Positions 13,021 through 26,531 of a DNA stretch of 64,000 bases are shown here, in pieces. Numbering within the stretch: the stretch's first letter is position 1; each line of letters starts with the position of its first letter. Both the position numbers and the translations under genes were made by a program. Below the pieces are notes generated by a model. It made no database searches and was not told the DNA's origin. It saw nothing but the letters and a program-made list of their open reading frames with translations. The DNA is from Octopus vulgaris (lineage: Eukaryota): contig OX597818.1 in NCBI GenBank assembly GCA_951406725.2, positions 143,344,001 through 143,408,000 of the forward strand, in the 5' to 3' direction.

Positions 13021-13055
13021 GTTTTACGTTTCGAGCAAAGCTCTTCGTCAGAAAC
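13021..13055 (-). ncRNA. Minimal type I hammerhead ribozyme motif inside a ~200-bp non-coding element (12927-13130)
   Basis: gttt-CTGACGA-a-gagc ttt gctc-GAAA-cg-TA-aaac. Stems I and II pair, stem III is palindromic ACGT, and the cleavage triplet is GUA. Confidence 0.8.
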
Positions 13056-13137
13056 AGGAGACGGAGGAAAGTCCAAGAGAAAAGGAAGACGATGGAAGAA
13101 AATCGCCAACGATCCACAGGCGAATACATTTTGTAAC

Positions 13138-13168
<31 letters not shown>

Positions 13169-13169
13169 C

Positions 13170-13467
13170 TCAAAATAAGCAACAAGAATAACTTCGGTAA
13201 TTTGGTACGATCGTTTCACGCTACATCATTTTATTAAATATTGTAAGTATTACAACAGTTTTAAAATGTTGAGCAATCATCAGTCATTTATAGAGGTTTT
13301 CCATTAATACATAATTTTCATATCAATTACTATGAAATTGGTATGAAGTTATTCTTGTTGCTTATTTTGATTATAATCACCCCATGGATTTATATGGATA
13401 ACACACAAAATTCTGGTGCATCTAACTTAAGTACCATATTCATTTGAATCTAAATTTTGCTGAACTT
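13170..13467. mobile_element. Fold-back element between (TA)n tracts, carrying a hammerhead-like motif (13201-13288, minus)
   Basis: Perfect 26-bp inverted repeat 13170-13195/13345-13370. Related to 27447-27937. Confidence 0.8.
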
Positions 13468-14264
13468 ATATATATATATTTATATTTATATACACACACA
13501 CAAATATGCACGCGCGCGTGCGTGCGTATGTGTGTCCCTGTGTGTATGTGTATGTGTGTCCCTGTGTGTGTGTGATGTTAGGAGGCTCTAGTGGCAGTTG
13601 TTTATTGTAGGCAAAACTCACCCCAAAACTGTTTTGTCTGTTTCTCATTTATTTTCGTATTTATAATTGTATGAACGTTGACACCATTTGTTTGTTCAAC
13701 AATCAAGAAGTTCTCTGGTTTGGTCGTTTGTTTTAGTTTATTGCAAAGATATGTTGGATGTTAAGTTTTTCGCTTTGGTTTGCTATTAATATATCCTACA
13801 TGACTAATCTTTATTTGGAGAGAGATATTTTGTATGACATACTCGTGACAGTTATGCTGTGTCTTATGTCATATAATGCTATTTAGTATAATCTAATGAC
13901 TAATTTCTAGAAGTTGCAAAACCAGACAGAAAGATTTAGTATTTTTTTTTTGTTCAATCTCAGAGTCATAAAACTTAAAACTCCGGTTTTGCTATTTATA
14001 TTTTTTGAAAAATTTATGACCTAGGAGAGAGACAGCTGAGGTGTGATCTTTTTTCCAGGTCTATTCACTTAATAGAGAGAATGAAAAATGATATGGCTAT
14101 CACCAAACTGAGGGTTTGACCGGAGTGCTTGCAATAAAATATAATCCATTAAAAATACCCAAAGGACAGGTGATTGTTTAAACTAGGTAACACATGCTAT
14201 TTGCAAAAACTTTAAAGTGCTCAATACTCGCTTTTGGTGGATGCATGGAACGTTTATTATATGT

Positions 14265-14440
14265 AGGAGTGGCTGTGTGGTAAGTAGCTTGTTTACCAGC
14301 CACATGGTTTCGGGTTCAGTCCCACTGCGTGGCACTTTGGGCAAGTGTCTTCTACTATAGCCTCGGGCCGACCAAAGCCTTGTGAGTGGATTTGGTAGAT
14401 GGAAACTGAAAGAAGCCCGTCGTATATATGTATATCTATA

Positions 14441-14483
<43 letters not shown>

Positions 14484-14700
14484 GCGTGTGTATGTTTGTG
14501 TGTCTGTGTTTGTCCCCTAGCATTGCTTGACAATCGATGCTGGTTTGTTTATGTCCCCGTTACTTAGCGGTTCGGCAAAAGAGACCGATAGAATAAGTAT
14601 TGGGCTTACAAAAGAATAAGTCCCGGGGTCGAGATGCTCGATTAAAGGCGGTGCTCCAGCATGGCCACAGTCAAATGACTGAAACAAGTAATAGAGTAAA
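14265..14700 (+). mobile_element. Full-length bipartite tRNA-SINE with internal (TA)n
   Basis: A-box-like tggctgtgtggtaag, B-box-like ggttcagtcc, and 3' part ending ggtgctccagcatggcc..gactgaaacaag. Confidence 0.88.
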
Positions 14701-14766
14701 AGAGAGAGTATATATATATATATATATATGCATATCGCGCTAGCTACTATCTATCTGTCTATCTAT

Positions 14767-14856
<90 letters not shown>

Positions 14857-15262
14857 TATATATATATGTGTGTGTGTGTGTGTCAAAGTCTGTCTTATAT
14901 TTAAAAAAAGCAAGGAGGATTAAGTATATTCTCTGTGAATAGAGCTTAGTCCCATTGACAGAACCATAGAATCCTATCACTCTTCTGTAGAAGTCAGGTT
15001 CTTCGTCAATTTCACCTTTCGTATTTGTGGTAATTATCACTAAACTTAATGATTAAGCAACGACCGTAATATATTAATCTACTTTCACTTTGATATTAAT
15101 CTACTTTCACTTTGATAATATTCCAATTTGTAAATGGACTTTTGTAAATGTCAGTATAGATGTGGGACAATATTTTGATTTAAAGTTGAAGTAGTTGGAG
15201 CACTTTCTCATCACACCCTGTCGCTGTTTGTCTGTCTGCCTCAATCTATCATTGCTCACTCA

Positions 15263-15337
<75 letters not shown>

Positions 15338-17620
15338 ACACACATACTCACACGAAACATTGACCGTCTTTTTATCTATTAGTGTTTAACAACGATTTGT
15401 TGTTTTCTGTAGCACTAATTAAGTTTTCTACATAGAAATCTCAAGAGCAACTGCAAACTCGCTATATTAATTTTACTGTTTTTATTTCTTTGATATTGCA
15501 GTTTGTGAACAATAGGGTCGTTGGTTGTAGGTCTTCAACATGCAATTTACTGGTTCACTGCAGATCCTACAATGCCCTACATTGAAAGTGCAATTCAGTG
15601 CAGAACAAATGTCACAAGAAGCTTCGTTAGAAAAGGTTTGGCTTTTCGGATTTCTCACGTCTGTTTACATCTGTTACCGTTGTTCAACGGCAAAAGGCAC
15701 ACACAGACGCGCACACAGAAACAACCACACATTCACATTTGTACACACACATACACCAACACACACGAACCAGGTTCCTAATCACACAGCCAAGCAAGCG
15801 TATGGCGACTTGCTTGTCATTAATCTTATATCAGAAGCCTAACGGAAATGAAATTGGTAACTGTAATACAAAAAGAGACAAAGGATTCCAAGAACTTTCC
15901 TTTGACTTCTTTATTGCTGTTTCCAAAGATGCCCAAGTCTCCAAAGGACTGTGCAAATGTTGATAAAATAAACAGCAGCTATGCATTGAGATCAATTCAA
16001 TTAGCTAGGCCTGTGTCCTATTACTTCACAATTTGTTACCCACTTTCTTAAGTCAAAACTTTCTTTAACAAAGAAGAGCCGAATGAATATGGTTTTGAAG
16101 AAATTGATAAAAAGTAGGCGAATAGAGAGCTTAATTATTTTTCTTTGGCCTATATTTTATGGCATGAAAATGAAGTTGCTGCGCTCAATCTTTCTCCAAG
16201 AGCATGAATGGCATAAATGAAGGAAACTAGTTCAAGTTCTCGATCGATAAGAAGCTTACATCTTACTTCATAGTGGTCGTCACAATATTTAAACAGAATT
16301 AAACAAAATTATCACTTCTTAACATGTGGGTAAAGTGCAGCTAACCGTCACTCGCGAGTGAGTGTGGCTTGATAAAATGTACTATGCTTTCGTTAATTGT
16401 TTTAGGTATATGTACAGTTGCGAGCAAACATAGAACTTCCTCAGCTTCTCACCCTCGATCGAGTGGAACATCCGCAATGTTATAGCAACAGGATTCACTA
16501 GCACTAGGCTGGTACTCTTTACAGTTGAGTAGACTGGAGTAACATGAACTATAGTACCTTTCATATGGACAGAACGCGTCACTCTGTGAAGGAGTTGATT
16601 AGAAAATCTTATGATCATGAGCTAAACATCCTCACCACTTGCACACGCACCTTCACTAGAGCAGGTGTCGACAGATTCAAGTCAGTATATGCTTGCTTTT
16701 TAGTTTATTTAGTTTAGGCAAGACGTGTACTTAAGAAAATCAATATATATACTATGCTATTACTGTTTCTGCCATTTCAACACATGTGGTGCAAGACTTA
16801 TATGCATCTGTTTAAGAAGTTTGCTTCACTATCATGTAGGTTCAGATTCGATACCACTGTACCTCGGGCAAGTGTGTCCTACACTAGTTTCTTGGTACTG
16901 CATAGCAAATGAAACTGAGTAGACGGAAACTGCAAAGAAGCTTACTAGACTGGTACTTTATTTTATCGATCCCGGAGTGATGAAAGGTAAAGTTGACGAC
17001 GGCAGAATTCGAACTCAGAACGTAAAAGAAGCAGAAGCTTGTTTTCGGAAGCTTCTACCAATCCACCGTCTATTGCCACAATACAAAACACAACGTCATA
17101 GAAAAACAATATTTAGAACAAAACATAGCATTCGAATAACATTGCATATCTAAATCGGCTTTTATGGCATCATGCTGTTGTCACGGATTAACTGTTAATG
17201 AATTCGAAACAGAAGGCACTTTTCTTTTCTTTCCTTTTTCTTTTTCTTTTCTTTTTGTAAATTCTTTCCCTATCACTGACCCTTTTCATAAGTGAGTATC
17301 ATACTTAAAGAGAATATGGTGCTCGGTTCACAGCTGTTAAGCCGGATTGCAGACCAGTCGTCTACGACATAGCAAGCTTATGTCGACTTTTCCCGCCGAT
17401 ACTCAAACTTCGCGAGACTAGCTGACTCCGTAGATACCAATACAGGTCAGTGATAGAGAAAGAGAGAAGAAAGAGAGGGAGGGAGAAAGAGAGAGAATTT
17501 CAAGTTTAGTGGTGAGAAGATTCCAGATTTTCAAACAACAGTTTGCTCTTTGTGGGTATATAGGTTGTAATGAAGCTAGTGTTTGTACTTGATTAATCTG
17601 TGTACGTGTACTTATTTGAG

Positions 17621-17678
<58 letters not shown>

Positions 17679-17842
17679 TGTGTGTATGTATGGGTTTATG
17701 TACGAATTCGTGTGCGGGCGTTCGTGCATATATAAAGTGAATCTAAGCAAACAGGAGAATATGTGTGTGTGTGTACAGATACGTATATACTTATGCTTAT
17801 AGACATGCATATATTTACATATACAGATATATATATATACAG

Positions 17843-17887
<45 letters not shown>

Positions 17888-18130
17888 CGTGCGTGTGTAT
17901 GTATGTATGTATATTCTTACATTATATACATGATACAAGGTAATGCATTCATTGTTGTATTACATACACGAGTGTATGTTATATACGTGTATTTATGAAA
18001 GTATGCATGTATGTATGTATGCATGTATACACACACACGCACACACATATATGCTGCTTAATGGATTGGTTCATTAGCCTGGTCCAAGGTACTGTTAATT
18101 GCAGAAAATGTAAGAAATACACACCCAGGC

Positions 18131-18170
<40 letters not shown>

Positions 18171-18540
18171 ACACACACACACACACGGCATAGAAAACGC
18201 ACACGCAAATCGGCATACACACAGCATCTAATCAATCTACAGTTGACTCGATAAAGTTATTCAGAGTTCAGGTATTATCTTTCTGCACTTAACACAGAGA
18301 GCGAATAAATAAATAATTAAATATAATATCAACAATGCCATCTTAGAATAACTTAACACGCATTCTTAACCAGGGGCGAAAACACTGGTAGAGTTTCTGC
18401 TCTGGTTTTAGATATACCTCCGCCAACGCCGTCGCATACATACATACATACATACATACATACATACATACATACATACACAGATACACATATACACTTA
18501 TGTCTGTATCTCGTATTTATTTAGGATTATGTGGATGCGT

Positions 18541-18594
<54 letters not shown>

Positions 18595-18595
<1 letters not shown>

Positions 18596-19845
18596 TAGAA
18601 ATATGTTAAAAAAAGAAAATAGAAACTACACGTGGTAATGTAAGGGGAAAGTAAGAAAAATAGATGAAAATGCACATTGTAAATCAAAAAAAGTAAAAGC
18701 TTTTTTATGCAAAGTAGCGAAAGATATATACAATTAGATGAATTGAGGTAGGAATAAAAGTAATAAAAGTCATTATTGTGAAATTATTAAAGAGATTCAA
18801 GTATACTGGTTTCGTAAGTTACTAATCATTGCTTTGAATACAACTATTCATTGCTTTGAATGCACACCGATTAATGCACGGTGTCAGGTCTAATAGTTCT
18901 TGAGAAAAAAAGATTATTTGTAAGGGAGGTAAGTAGTTCTGGATTTGGTGCAATTAAGTTAGATATAAAACTGTAATATGAATGGTGTAAGGGATGTATG
19001 GGGATTAGTGGTATTAATTGAAAGGTTAGTGGTGTTCTGTATTATGTTATGTGTTCATATTTAATTGGGGAAGATATCTATTGACGAAAGTTGCCTCTTT
19101 ATTCATTCTTTGTTGCATTGAGGTGTTCTGTGAACATTGATAGAAGGAGATAATTTGGAAATTAGGATTAAGATTCCTAGCACACCTTTCTATGTGTTCA
19201 CTAACTGTCTGTATTGTAGGTGGCGGATTTGTTCTTTGTGGATAGCGGTTCTTCGACGGAGTGATATTCCTGTTTGGCCAATATAGTTGTTACCACATCC
19301 TAAGCATGCCATGGCATAGATTAGATTTTCCGAGGCACAGGTGAAATTTGGTTTGATCTTTAATATTTCACCTTGTTTAGAGTTGAATTCTGAGCCTTCC
19401 AAAAGGTGGGGGCATGTTCCACAGTTAGGTCGACCACATTTTTTCCCTTTTGGCTCTGTTGTTAATGGATATAGTCTTGCGCTGGTTAATATTTATTTTA
19501 GTGATTTCGGTTGCATTTTGCTCTTGGTAATTTTGTGTGAGCTTAAAATTTTGTTCATTGTGTTATCTCCTGTGAAGATGGGAAGATTTTGGGTGAAAAT
19601 GTTGAAGGCTTCGTTGTTTCTAGGGTTATGTGCGAAAATGTATGGGAGTATTTTTAAGTCTGGTTTAGTTTTTCGGCTGGCTTCCCTTAATGTTTGTATA
19701 TCTATTTCCTTAGCTCTTTTAATACCATCATTTATTAAGGATACTGGGTTAATGTCTTTTAATTAGTGTTGATCTAAGTTCAAGGAATCTTTGTTCCCGA
19801 GTATAAGTATCCGAAAATACGGTGCAGATTCTTTTCGCTAGATTA

Positions 19846-19850
<5 letters not shown>
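18595..19850 (-). mobile_element. Penelope-like element 3' part: GIY-YIG endonuclease plus pseudo-LTR, flanked by (TA)n on both sides
   Basis: ORF 19190-19402 FTCASENLIYAMACLGCGNNYIGQTG..LRRR..IH. Upstream CGRPNCGTCP motif. Confidence 0.88.
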
Positions 19851-19924
<74 letters not shown>

Positions 19925-19926
19925 TG

Positions 19927-19965
<39 letters not shown>

Positions 19966-20034
19966 ATGTATGTATGTATGTATGTATGTATGTATGCATG
20001 TATGTATGTATGTACCTAAGTGTAACTTTGTTGC

Positions 20035-20969
20035 AACCAGCATTAACAGGCTTCGAGGTGCAAGGCAGCTGCAAATACACTACATGCAGGGACCTGTAAT
20101 CCTCTTACTTACAACATAAGTGACCTTCTTTGCAAATCGCTGTGCGCAATAAGGCTGCTTTTTGCAAGACATCAATCTTGCATGGAATTTCCAGTTACCT
20201 TAAAAAGTCTTAAAGTCTCAATGGGTTTGAGTCCAAAGCTCCGATCTCCACTTGTATCACTTTTACATTACCCTCTCGCATTCCATACAGTCTTGCCATT
20301 TCCACTTTCAATTCAGAGTACTTGGTACTTTTTTCAACCTCTTTACTCACAACATTCATGTCATTTGGTATGGCTACCTCAATGATCTGACGGTATTTGT
20401 CTCTCTTATTCAATATGACAATATCCGGCCGACGGTGTTCGATTACACGATCCGTCTGAAAATCATAGTCCCAGAGTATCGTTACTTTTCCATTCTCCTG
20501 CATACCTTTACTTGGTGCTTGCTCATACCAATTCTCTGTTACTTCATATTGGTATTTACGGCACAAGAGCCAATGAAGATACACACACACTTTATCGTGG
20601 CGGCACTTGTATTCGTTTTGTGCAAGGCTCACACATCCACTTTTCAAATGGGTCACATTTCCCACATTCTTTCCCCAGAAACCGTATTTCTGGGTGTCAG
20701 AAGTTTTATAGGTGTTATAACTTCACTGACTTGGTAGCGAGAGCCTGGTCTTGTGCAGCAATGATCAGGCTTTTAGTGGTAAGCTTCAAATCACCTCGCT
20801 CAAGCCATGCTATATTATCTTTAACGTTCTGTGTATTCCTTTCAAATTGTCCATGCATTCTCATTTGAAGAAGGTCTTCTTTTCACTTCTCAGCTCTTTG
20901 GTTAAACTCTTCTTTGCCCATCATTTCATCTGCATTTACACCATACCTTTCACTATTTATCAAATACTC

Positions 20970-20970
<1 letters not shown>
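20035..20970 (-). mobile_element. R4/Dong-like RLE LINE 3' fragment
   Basis: H...GC..LAQNEYKCRHDKV zinc knuckle, ILWD, RRPDIV...IIEVAIP (PD-D/ExK) and LQKAALL. Abuts (ATT)n at 20971-21039. Confidence 0.88.
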
Positions 20971-21040
<70 letters not shown>

Positions 21041-21104
21041 TCGAAGACTGGTGTATGAACAACATGCAAGTGTATTAGTTTGGTGCTCGGGAAAATGAAA
21101 GTGT

Positions 21105-21140
21105 CTTTTACGTTTCGAGCCTACGCTCTTCAACAGAAAG
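21105..21140 (-). ncRNA. Minimal hammerhead-like motif with variant core (CUGUUGA)
   Basis: cttt-CTGTTGA-a-gagc gtag gctc-GAAA-cg-TA-aaag, within a short element at 21040-21195. Confidence 0.6.
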
Positions 21141-21199
21141 GAATGAGAAAATAAACAGAGAGAGAATAAAAAAAACTTGTAGATTTCAGTGATCCAGCA

Positions 21200-21440
21200 T
21201 GGCGAAAGTTCCTTCTCGAGTCCTGTAGACTCATAGGACCGGTTTTCATAGTGTATAAATTCCCCACTTGGACAGGACTCCTGTCCGTCGCAGGATTACT
21301 CATTTTTGCCAGCTGGGTGGACTGGAGCAACGTGAAATGAAGTCTTTTGCTCAAGAACAGAACGCGTTGCTCGGTCCAGGAATCGAAACCACAATTTTAC
21401 GATCATGAGTCCAACAGCCTAACCACTAAGCTAGCGTCTC
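21200..21440 (-). mobile_element. tRNA-derived SINE (third subfamily)
   Basis: Minus-strand A box tagcttagtggttagg and B-box-like ggtttcgattcc. Confidence 0.7.
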
Positions 21441-21519
21441 CACATATACATAAATACATGTATACATATATACATACATACACAAACACAAAAACACACA
21501 CATATATATACGCATATAT

Positions 21520-21610
<91 letters not shown>

Positions 21611-21613
<3 letters not shown>

Positions 21614-21836
21614 GAACGGGTGTGCTGAAAAGTTCCTGACATTGAGTAAAAGAAAATACAGGACGGTCAGTTAATTATGATTTTATTCAACATATTCCCC
21701 TCTCAGATTCACACACTTATTGCAGCGGTCCTTCAGTTTTCCTAAGCCTTGTGAAAGAATTTGGAAGGTTGGGCCTTCAAACATGCCTTTCGTGATACCC
21801 TCAAAGCTATGAATTCTTCTGCGCCCCACCCTCGTA
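21611..21836. mobile_element. Mariner-derived MITE
   Basis: Degenerate TIRs (gggtgtgctgaaaagttcc ... gaattcttctgcgccccaccctcgta) with TA flanks. Confidence 0.6.
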
Positions 21837-21936
21837 TATATACGAGTACTTTCCATCCATTTTCAATCAAATCTCTTGCGAATTAACCTGGGATTCTTTG
21901 ACGAAAATGCAACCCTCATTTATCTAAGGTATCTTC

Positions 21937-22023
21937 GGCCTGACGAGTAGCTACTGGAGTACTACTCGCTGAGTAATTAATTACAACTTCCGAGATTCTG
22001 CTAGCTAGGAAATATGTGTAGCC
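21937..22023 (+). ncRNA. Degenerate hammerhead-like motif
   Basis: ggc-CTGACGA-g tagcta...tagcta g-GAAA-tatgtg-TA-gcc. Confidence 0.4.
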
Positions 22024-22309
22024 TGGATTTTCCCTGCACTATCCCTAAATTTGGATTTCTATTCGCATGCATAGCAACCCCAGTTGCTAACCGTGAATTA
22101 TAAAATAATTTTTTTCTGCTTATCGAACTTCGATATGGAAAAAATTTACAGCCCTCTACGCTAATTAACCACTATTGATCCTAAAAGTTGTTTTTCATAC
22201 CTTCTATTCGAAGCTTACTAACTACCTACACCTGGATCTTTAGATCTTGCCTTTACATATCATTATATATACACATATATGTGTACGTGTGCGTGTGCAC
22301 GTGTTCTAT

Positions 22310-22547
22310 GGCGTATGTGTTTCCCCCAGCTGGACGGGATGCCAGGCCATCGCAGCGTTACTCAAGAAATAGGAAGAAAGAATGAGAGAAAGTTGGGGGC
22401 GAAAGAGTACAACAGGGGTCGCCACCACCCCCTGCCGGAGCCTCGTGGAGCTTTAGGTGTTTTCGTTCCATAAACACATACAACGCCCGGTCTGGGAATC
22501 AAAACCGCGATCCTCCGACCTAAACAATTGGGCCATTGCGCCTCCAC
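22310..22547 (-). mobile_element. tRNA-SINE (same family as 2284-2660), partial
   Basis: Shared caccaccccctgccggagcctcgtggagc...ggtctgggaatc block. Confidence 0.8.
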
Positions 22548-22549
22548 AC

Positions 22550-22590
<41 letters not shown>

Positions 22591-22678
22591 GAAAGTTTAC
22601 GAAAATAAACAAAAGACGAAGGCAGATGGAGTACAAACAAACAAATGTATTGGTATAGCGCTCAGGAATAGAAAAAGT

Positions 22679-22714
22679 CTTTTACGTTTCGAGCCTACGC
22701 TCTTTGACAGAAAG
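22679..22714 (-). ncRNA. Minimal hammerhead-like motif with mutated core (CUGUCAA)
   Basis: cttt-CTGTCAA-a-gagc gtag gctc-GAAA-cg-TA-aaag, in an element at 22586-22770 directly after (TA)n. Confidence 0.5.
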
Positions 22715-25206
22715 ATACGCAGAAAAAAACAAGGAGAGAAAAAATGCGTGTAGGAGCTAACGATCTATCATATTTATCTGTGCATATGTGTGTGTATTTG
22801 TGTGTTTGTATGTGAGTATGTATAAATGTGCGTACGTATAGATATATAAAGATCCGATTAAAAACTTGAAGTAAAAGCAGTTGGGCAAGATCAAATATAA
22901 ACGACCTGTATAATAAAGACGCGTTTAATGGAACTACACATGATATATACACGCTAACATAACGTCAGTATTTCGATCTACTTTCATGGGGACGTGCCTT
23001 TTCGCACACAGCCAAAGTTCTTCATTGACTCTGCTAACATATATCTTGGTACAAATCTACATCTACTTTTACTCACACACGTACGGTTCGCCATCGTATG
23101 CGCACGCAAACACGCACACACTTACACGCATAAACACACACACACACATACACACACACATACACACACACTTATGCATACACATTGACACATAGAGAAT
23201 ATCATCTTTACATAGAAACACGGAAAAACGAATTCATTCATACACATGTACATATCCATTTAACCTTTGATTTAACAGATTTCGAATACAATAATACAAT
23301 GGACAGATATTTCAGAGATCTAAAGAAATCTAAGAAGAGAGAAAGAGAGACAGAGAGGGGGAAGGAGGCAATAGTGTAGGGGGCTCGCTTCTGGTCTTAG
23401 TCTGTTTCAAACTATCAGGCAGTTAAAATGTATGCAGAGTGTTTTTGTGATATGCAAATTATTACTAAATTTTTTTAATTCTTACAATTTAAATATAACA
23501 TCAAAGTGAAAGGTAAATAAAAGAAAAACATATGAATTTAAATATGGCGCATAAATTAGAGCTATTTGATAAATAAGAATATTGACCCAGTAGCTGTAGC
23601 ATCTGCTTGTGAAATCTATGATGTTAAAAGCAAATTGTTTCTAACATACGCAAATAAAGTTCAAATTTTAACAGTTTTTGAAACAGTGTTCATAGCGCTA
23701 AATATGAACTTGCAGTGTGTAGTTAAAAACTCAGGAAAATTTTATGTGTAAGCGGTATGTTCGAGAGAGATCTAGCGATAGTCGAAATCTGTGTGAAATT
23801 ATTGCTAAAACATTCGGGACATTGTAAATAAAAATCCCCGTGATGAATGAGAGCAGAAACTTCAAAGGGCAAGACATTAAACAAAGGTAAATTAGATCTG
23901 CGGGCCTCATTTTATCGCAGGCTGTTTTAGGTGATCCTTCAGAAAATACCTTAACCTACAAACATGATCATAGCATTCCTGATTTTAAGTTAAATAAAAG
24001 GGAAATGTTTGTAGCTTGTATCGTCTGAAGCCAATGGTGGTAAAGATATAAAATAAACCACGTACTCTTAACACAACTCCCTGTGATATGCATCAGTTTA
24101 AAGAATGCGTAGTTTACTTTGGAGAATGTTTTTGTTGATTAGTTCTTCATCCAGTTCGTCTCCGATGTGATGCACTTCCATACAGATGTTCCGATGATCT
24201 TCCCTTCATATTGTAAAGGCATTATTGCTTCTTGAGAAAGCCTTATCTCACTTTAAAGGTGAGGAAGAGTTGTAAACAGAAACGGCAGAGTTAAGTGCAT
24301 TTGTTACGTCTTACACTTTCGAGAGTTTGATTTAGATTTAGCCGAAATATTTAGAAGTTCACTTAGCAACCACGAGGTCTCGGAACCGACCCACTGCATG
24401 GTATCTTAGCGAAATGTCGTTACCTATAGCCTCTAGTCGGCCAATAGTCGGCTTATGAATGAAATTCGGCTGACAGAGACTGTATAGGTACTGGTCAGGT
24501 GGATTGCATCAGTAATTCAGAAGTACAGGTTTGTTATGCATTTTGTGTGTCATGCTGCTTTTAATGTGTTTAACGAATAAGTAGCAGGAATATTTGGCGA
24601 AACGTGTATTTTCATTTAGAATAAATGCAGCAGTGAATTAAATGATTAACTAGTGTCTATTTATGCGTATCTGAGAATTGATATTTATATAACTAATTTT
24701 ATCTTTAAACCTGTTTTATATTAATCGCTTCATTGTAATAAGACACTCCTTTGTTGAATGAAGATACTGGAATACCATATACTAACATGTTTCACTAAAT
24801 TTAAATTTTAGTGTTTTGGGGGATCTGTCTTCAGAATCGAGACCACAATTATGTATTTCAATTTTTTATTTGGTTCCTTATATTCTTTCTTTTATTCTTT
24901 ACTTGTTTCAGTTATTGGGCTGCAGCCATGGTGGAGCTCCGTCTAGGATGTTTTATATGACTAAATTATCCCACCTCATAAATATTTATAACACTGAGAT
25001 TACCCCATGCTATAACGCAAAAGTTTTCATGCACTGCTGATCACGTAACTGGTTTACAAAATATGAAATATTGTATCTATAACATAGGATATTCATACGG
25101 GGCAAAACATTGGAAAATGTGCCAGTCAAAAATATTGAAAAGTAATTTCTAAAAATGTACAAAGGAAAATAGAACGATCATTCATTCTCCCTCTCTCGCT
25201 CACTCA

Positions 25207-25284
<78 letters not shown>

Positions 25285-25430
25285 TGACATACGCACATAC
25301 ACGCGCGCGTTTTAGCAGGGAAAGGAAAAACATTTAATTATTTTAATATTTATTCAAAGTTATTATCTGCTAACATGGACATAATTATGTTACACCCACA
25401 GCTAAAACATTTCTATGTATCTATCTATCC

Positions 25431-25496
<66 letters not shown>

Positions 25497-25784
25497 GTAT
25501 GTAGGCATGTATGTGGTGTGTGGTCGTGTCTTTATGTCTGTATGTAAGTATGTTTATCTGTATACATTACAGTTACAAATAAGAAGAAAAGTGCTCAATA
25601 CCCTTGTAGAGTGTAAATACTTATTCTAATGCTGAGGCAGCGATTCGTTACCCGCTACTAGAAAGAAATATATACCTATAAACGTATCACATTCATTATA
25701 CTATTGCACAATGAGTAAGATTGTAATCGCAGCACTATATTAAATACTTACATTCTATTTCTATGTAGAGTGCTTTGCCATGCA

Positions 25785-25940
25785 GGCGTGGCTGCGTGGT
25801 AAGAAGGTTACTTCACAACCACATGGTTCCGGGTTCAGTCCCAAAGCGTGGCACCTTGGGCCAGTGTCTTCTATTGTAGCCTCAGGCCGACCATAGCCTT
25901 GTGAGTGAATTTGGTAGGCGGAAACTGAAAGAAGCCCGTC

Positions 25941-25997
<57 letters not shown>

Positions 25998-26215
25998 TAT
26001 ATATGTGTGTCTGAGTCTTTGTGTCAGTGTTTTTCACCCCACTATCGCTTGATAACCGATGTTGGTGTGTTTATGGTCCCGAAACTTAGCGGTTCGGCAA
26101 AAAGACCGAAAGAATAAGTACTAAGTTTACAAAGAATAAGTTCTGGGGTCGATTTCTTCGACTAAACGCGGTGCTCCAGCATGGCCGCAGTCAAATGACA
26201 GAAACGTGTAAAGGA
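25785..26215 (+). mobile_element. Full-length bipartite tRNA-SINE
   Basis: Homologous to 14265-14700. Confidence 0.88.
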
Positions 26216-26224
26216 GTACACACA

Positions 26225-26267
<43 letters not shown>

Positions 26268-26531
26268 CACTCACACTCACACACACACCCCACACACACA
26301 CACATAATGAATTACTACTTCCAGTACAGATACATTATGAGGTTAAAGTGTTGCAGGCAACCATTAGTTGATTGATTTACTGAAAGTGAGCATTTTAATC
26401 GAATAATTAATTTCCGGCTACTGTCTTTTGGTCTTTGCTTTTTTGTCAGGACAATATATTTGTATTTTCTGTATCTGCTGTGACTGGAAGAAGGGATGGT
26501 GATCATGACTTTTTATGCCTTCCTATACCCA

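Noticed and set aside
14265-14340. tRNA genes at SINE heads
   Set aside because: A/B-box-like motifs are present but there is no complete cloverleaf, and they continue into multi-copy SINE bodies.
15502-15635. Possible plus-strand exon (ttgcag acceptor ... aag|gtttgg) and imperfect hairpin
   Set aside because: Stops occur in all three frames from the acceptor, the donor is weak, and the hairpin is too imperfect to call a miRNA.
24010-24290. Possible pogo/Tigger DDE remnant (..NWM.., ISLPP)
   Set aside because: Only two very short motif resemblances.
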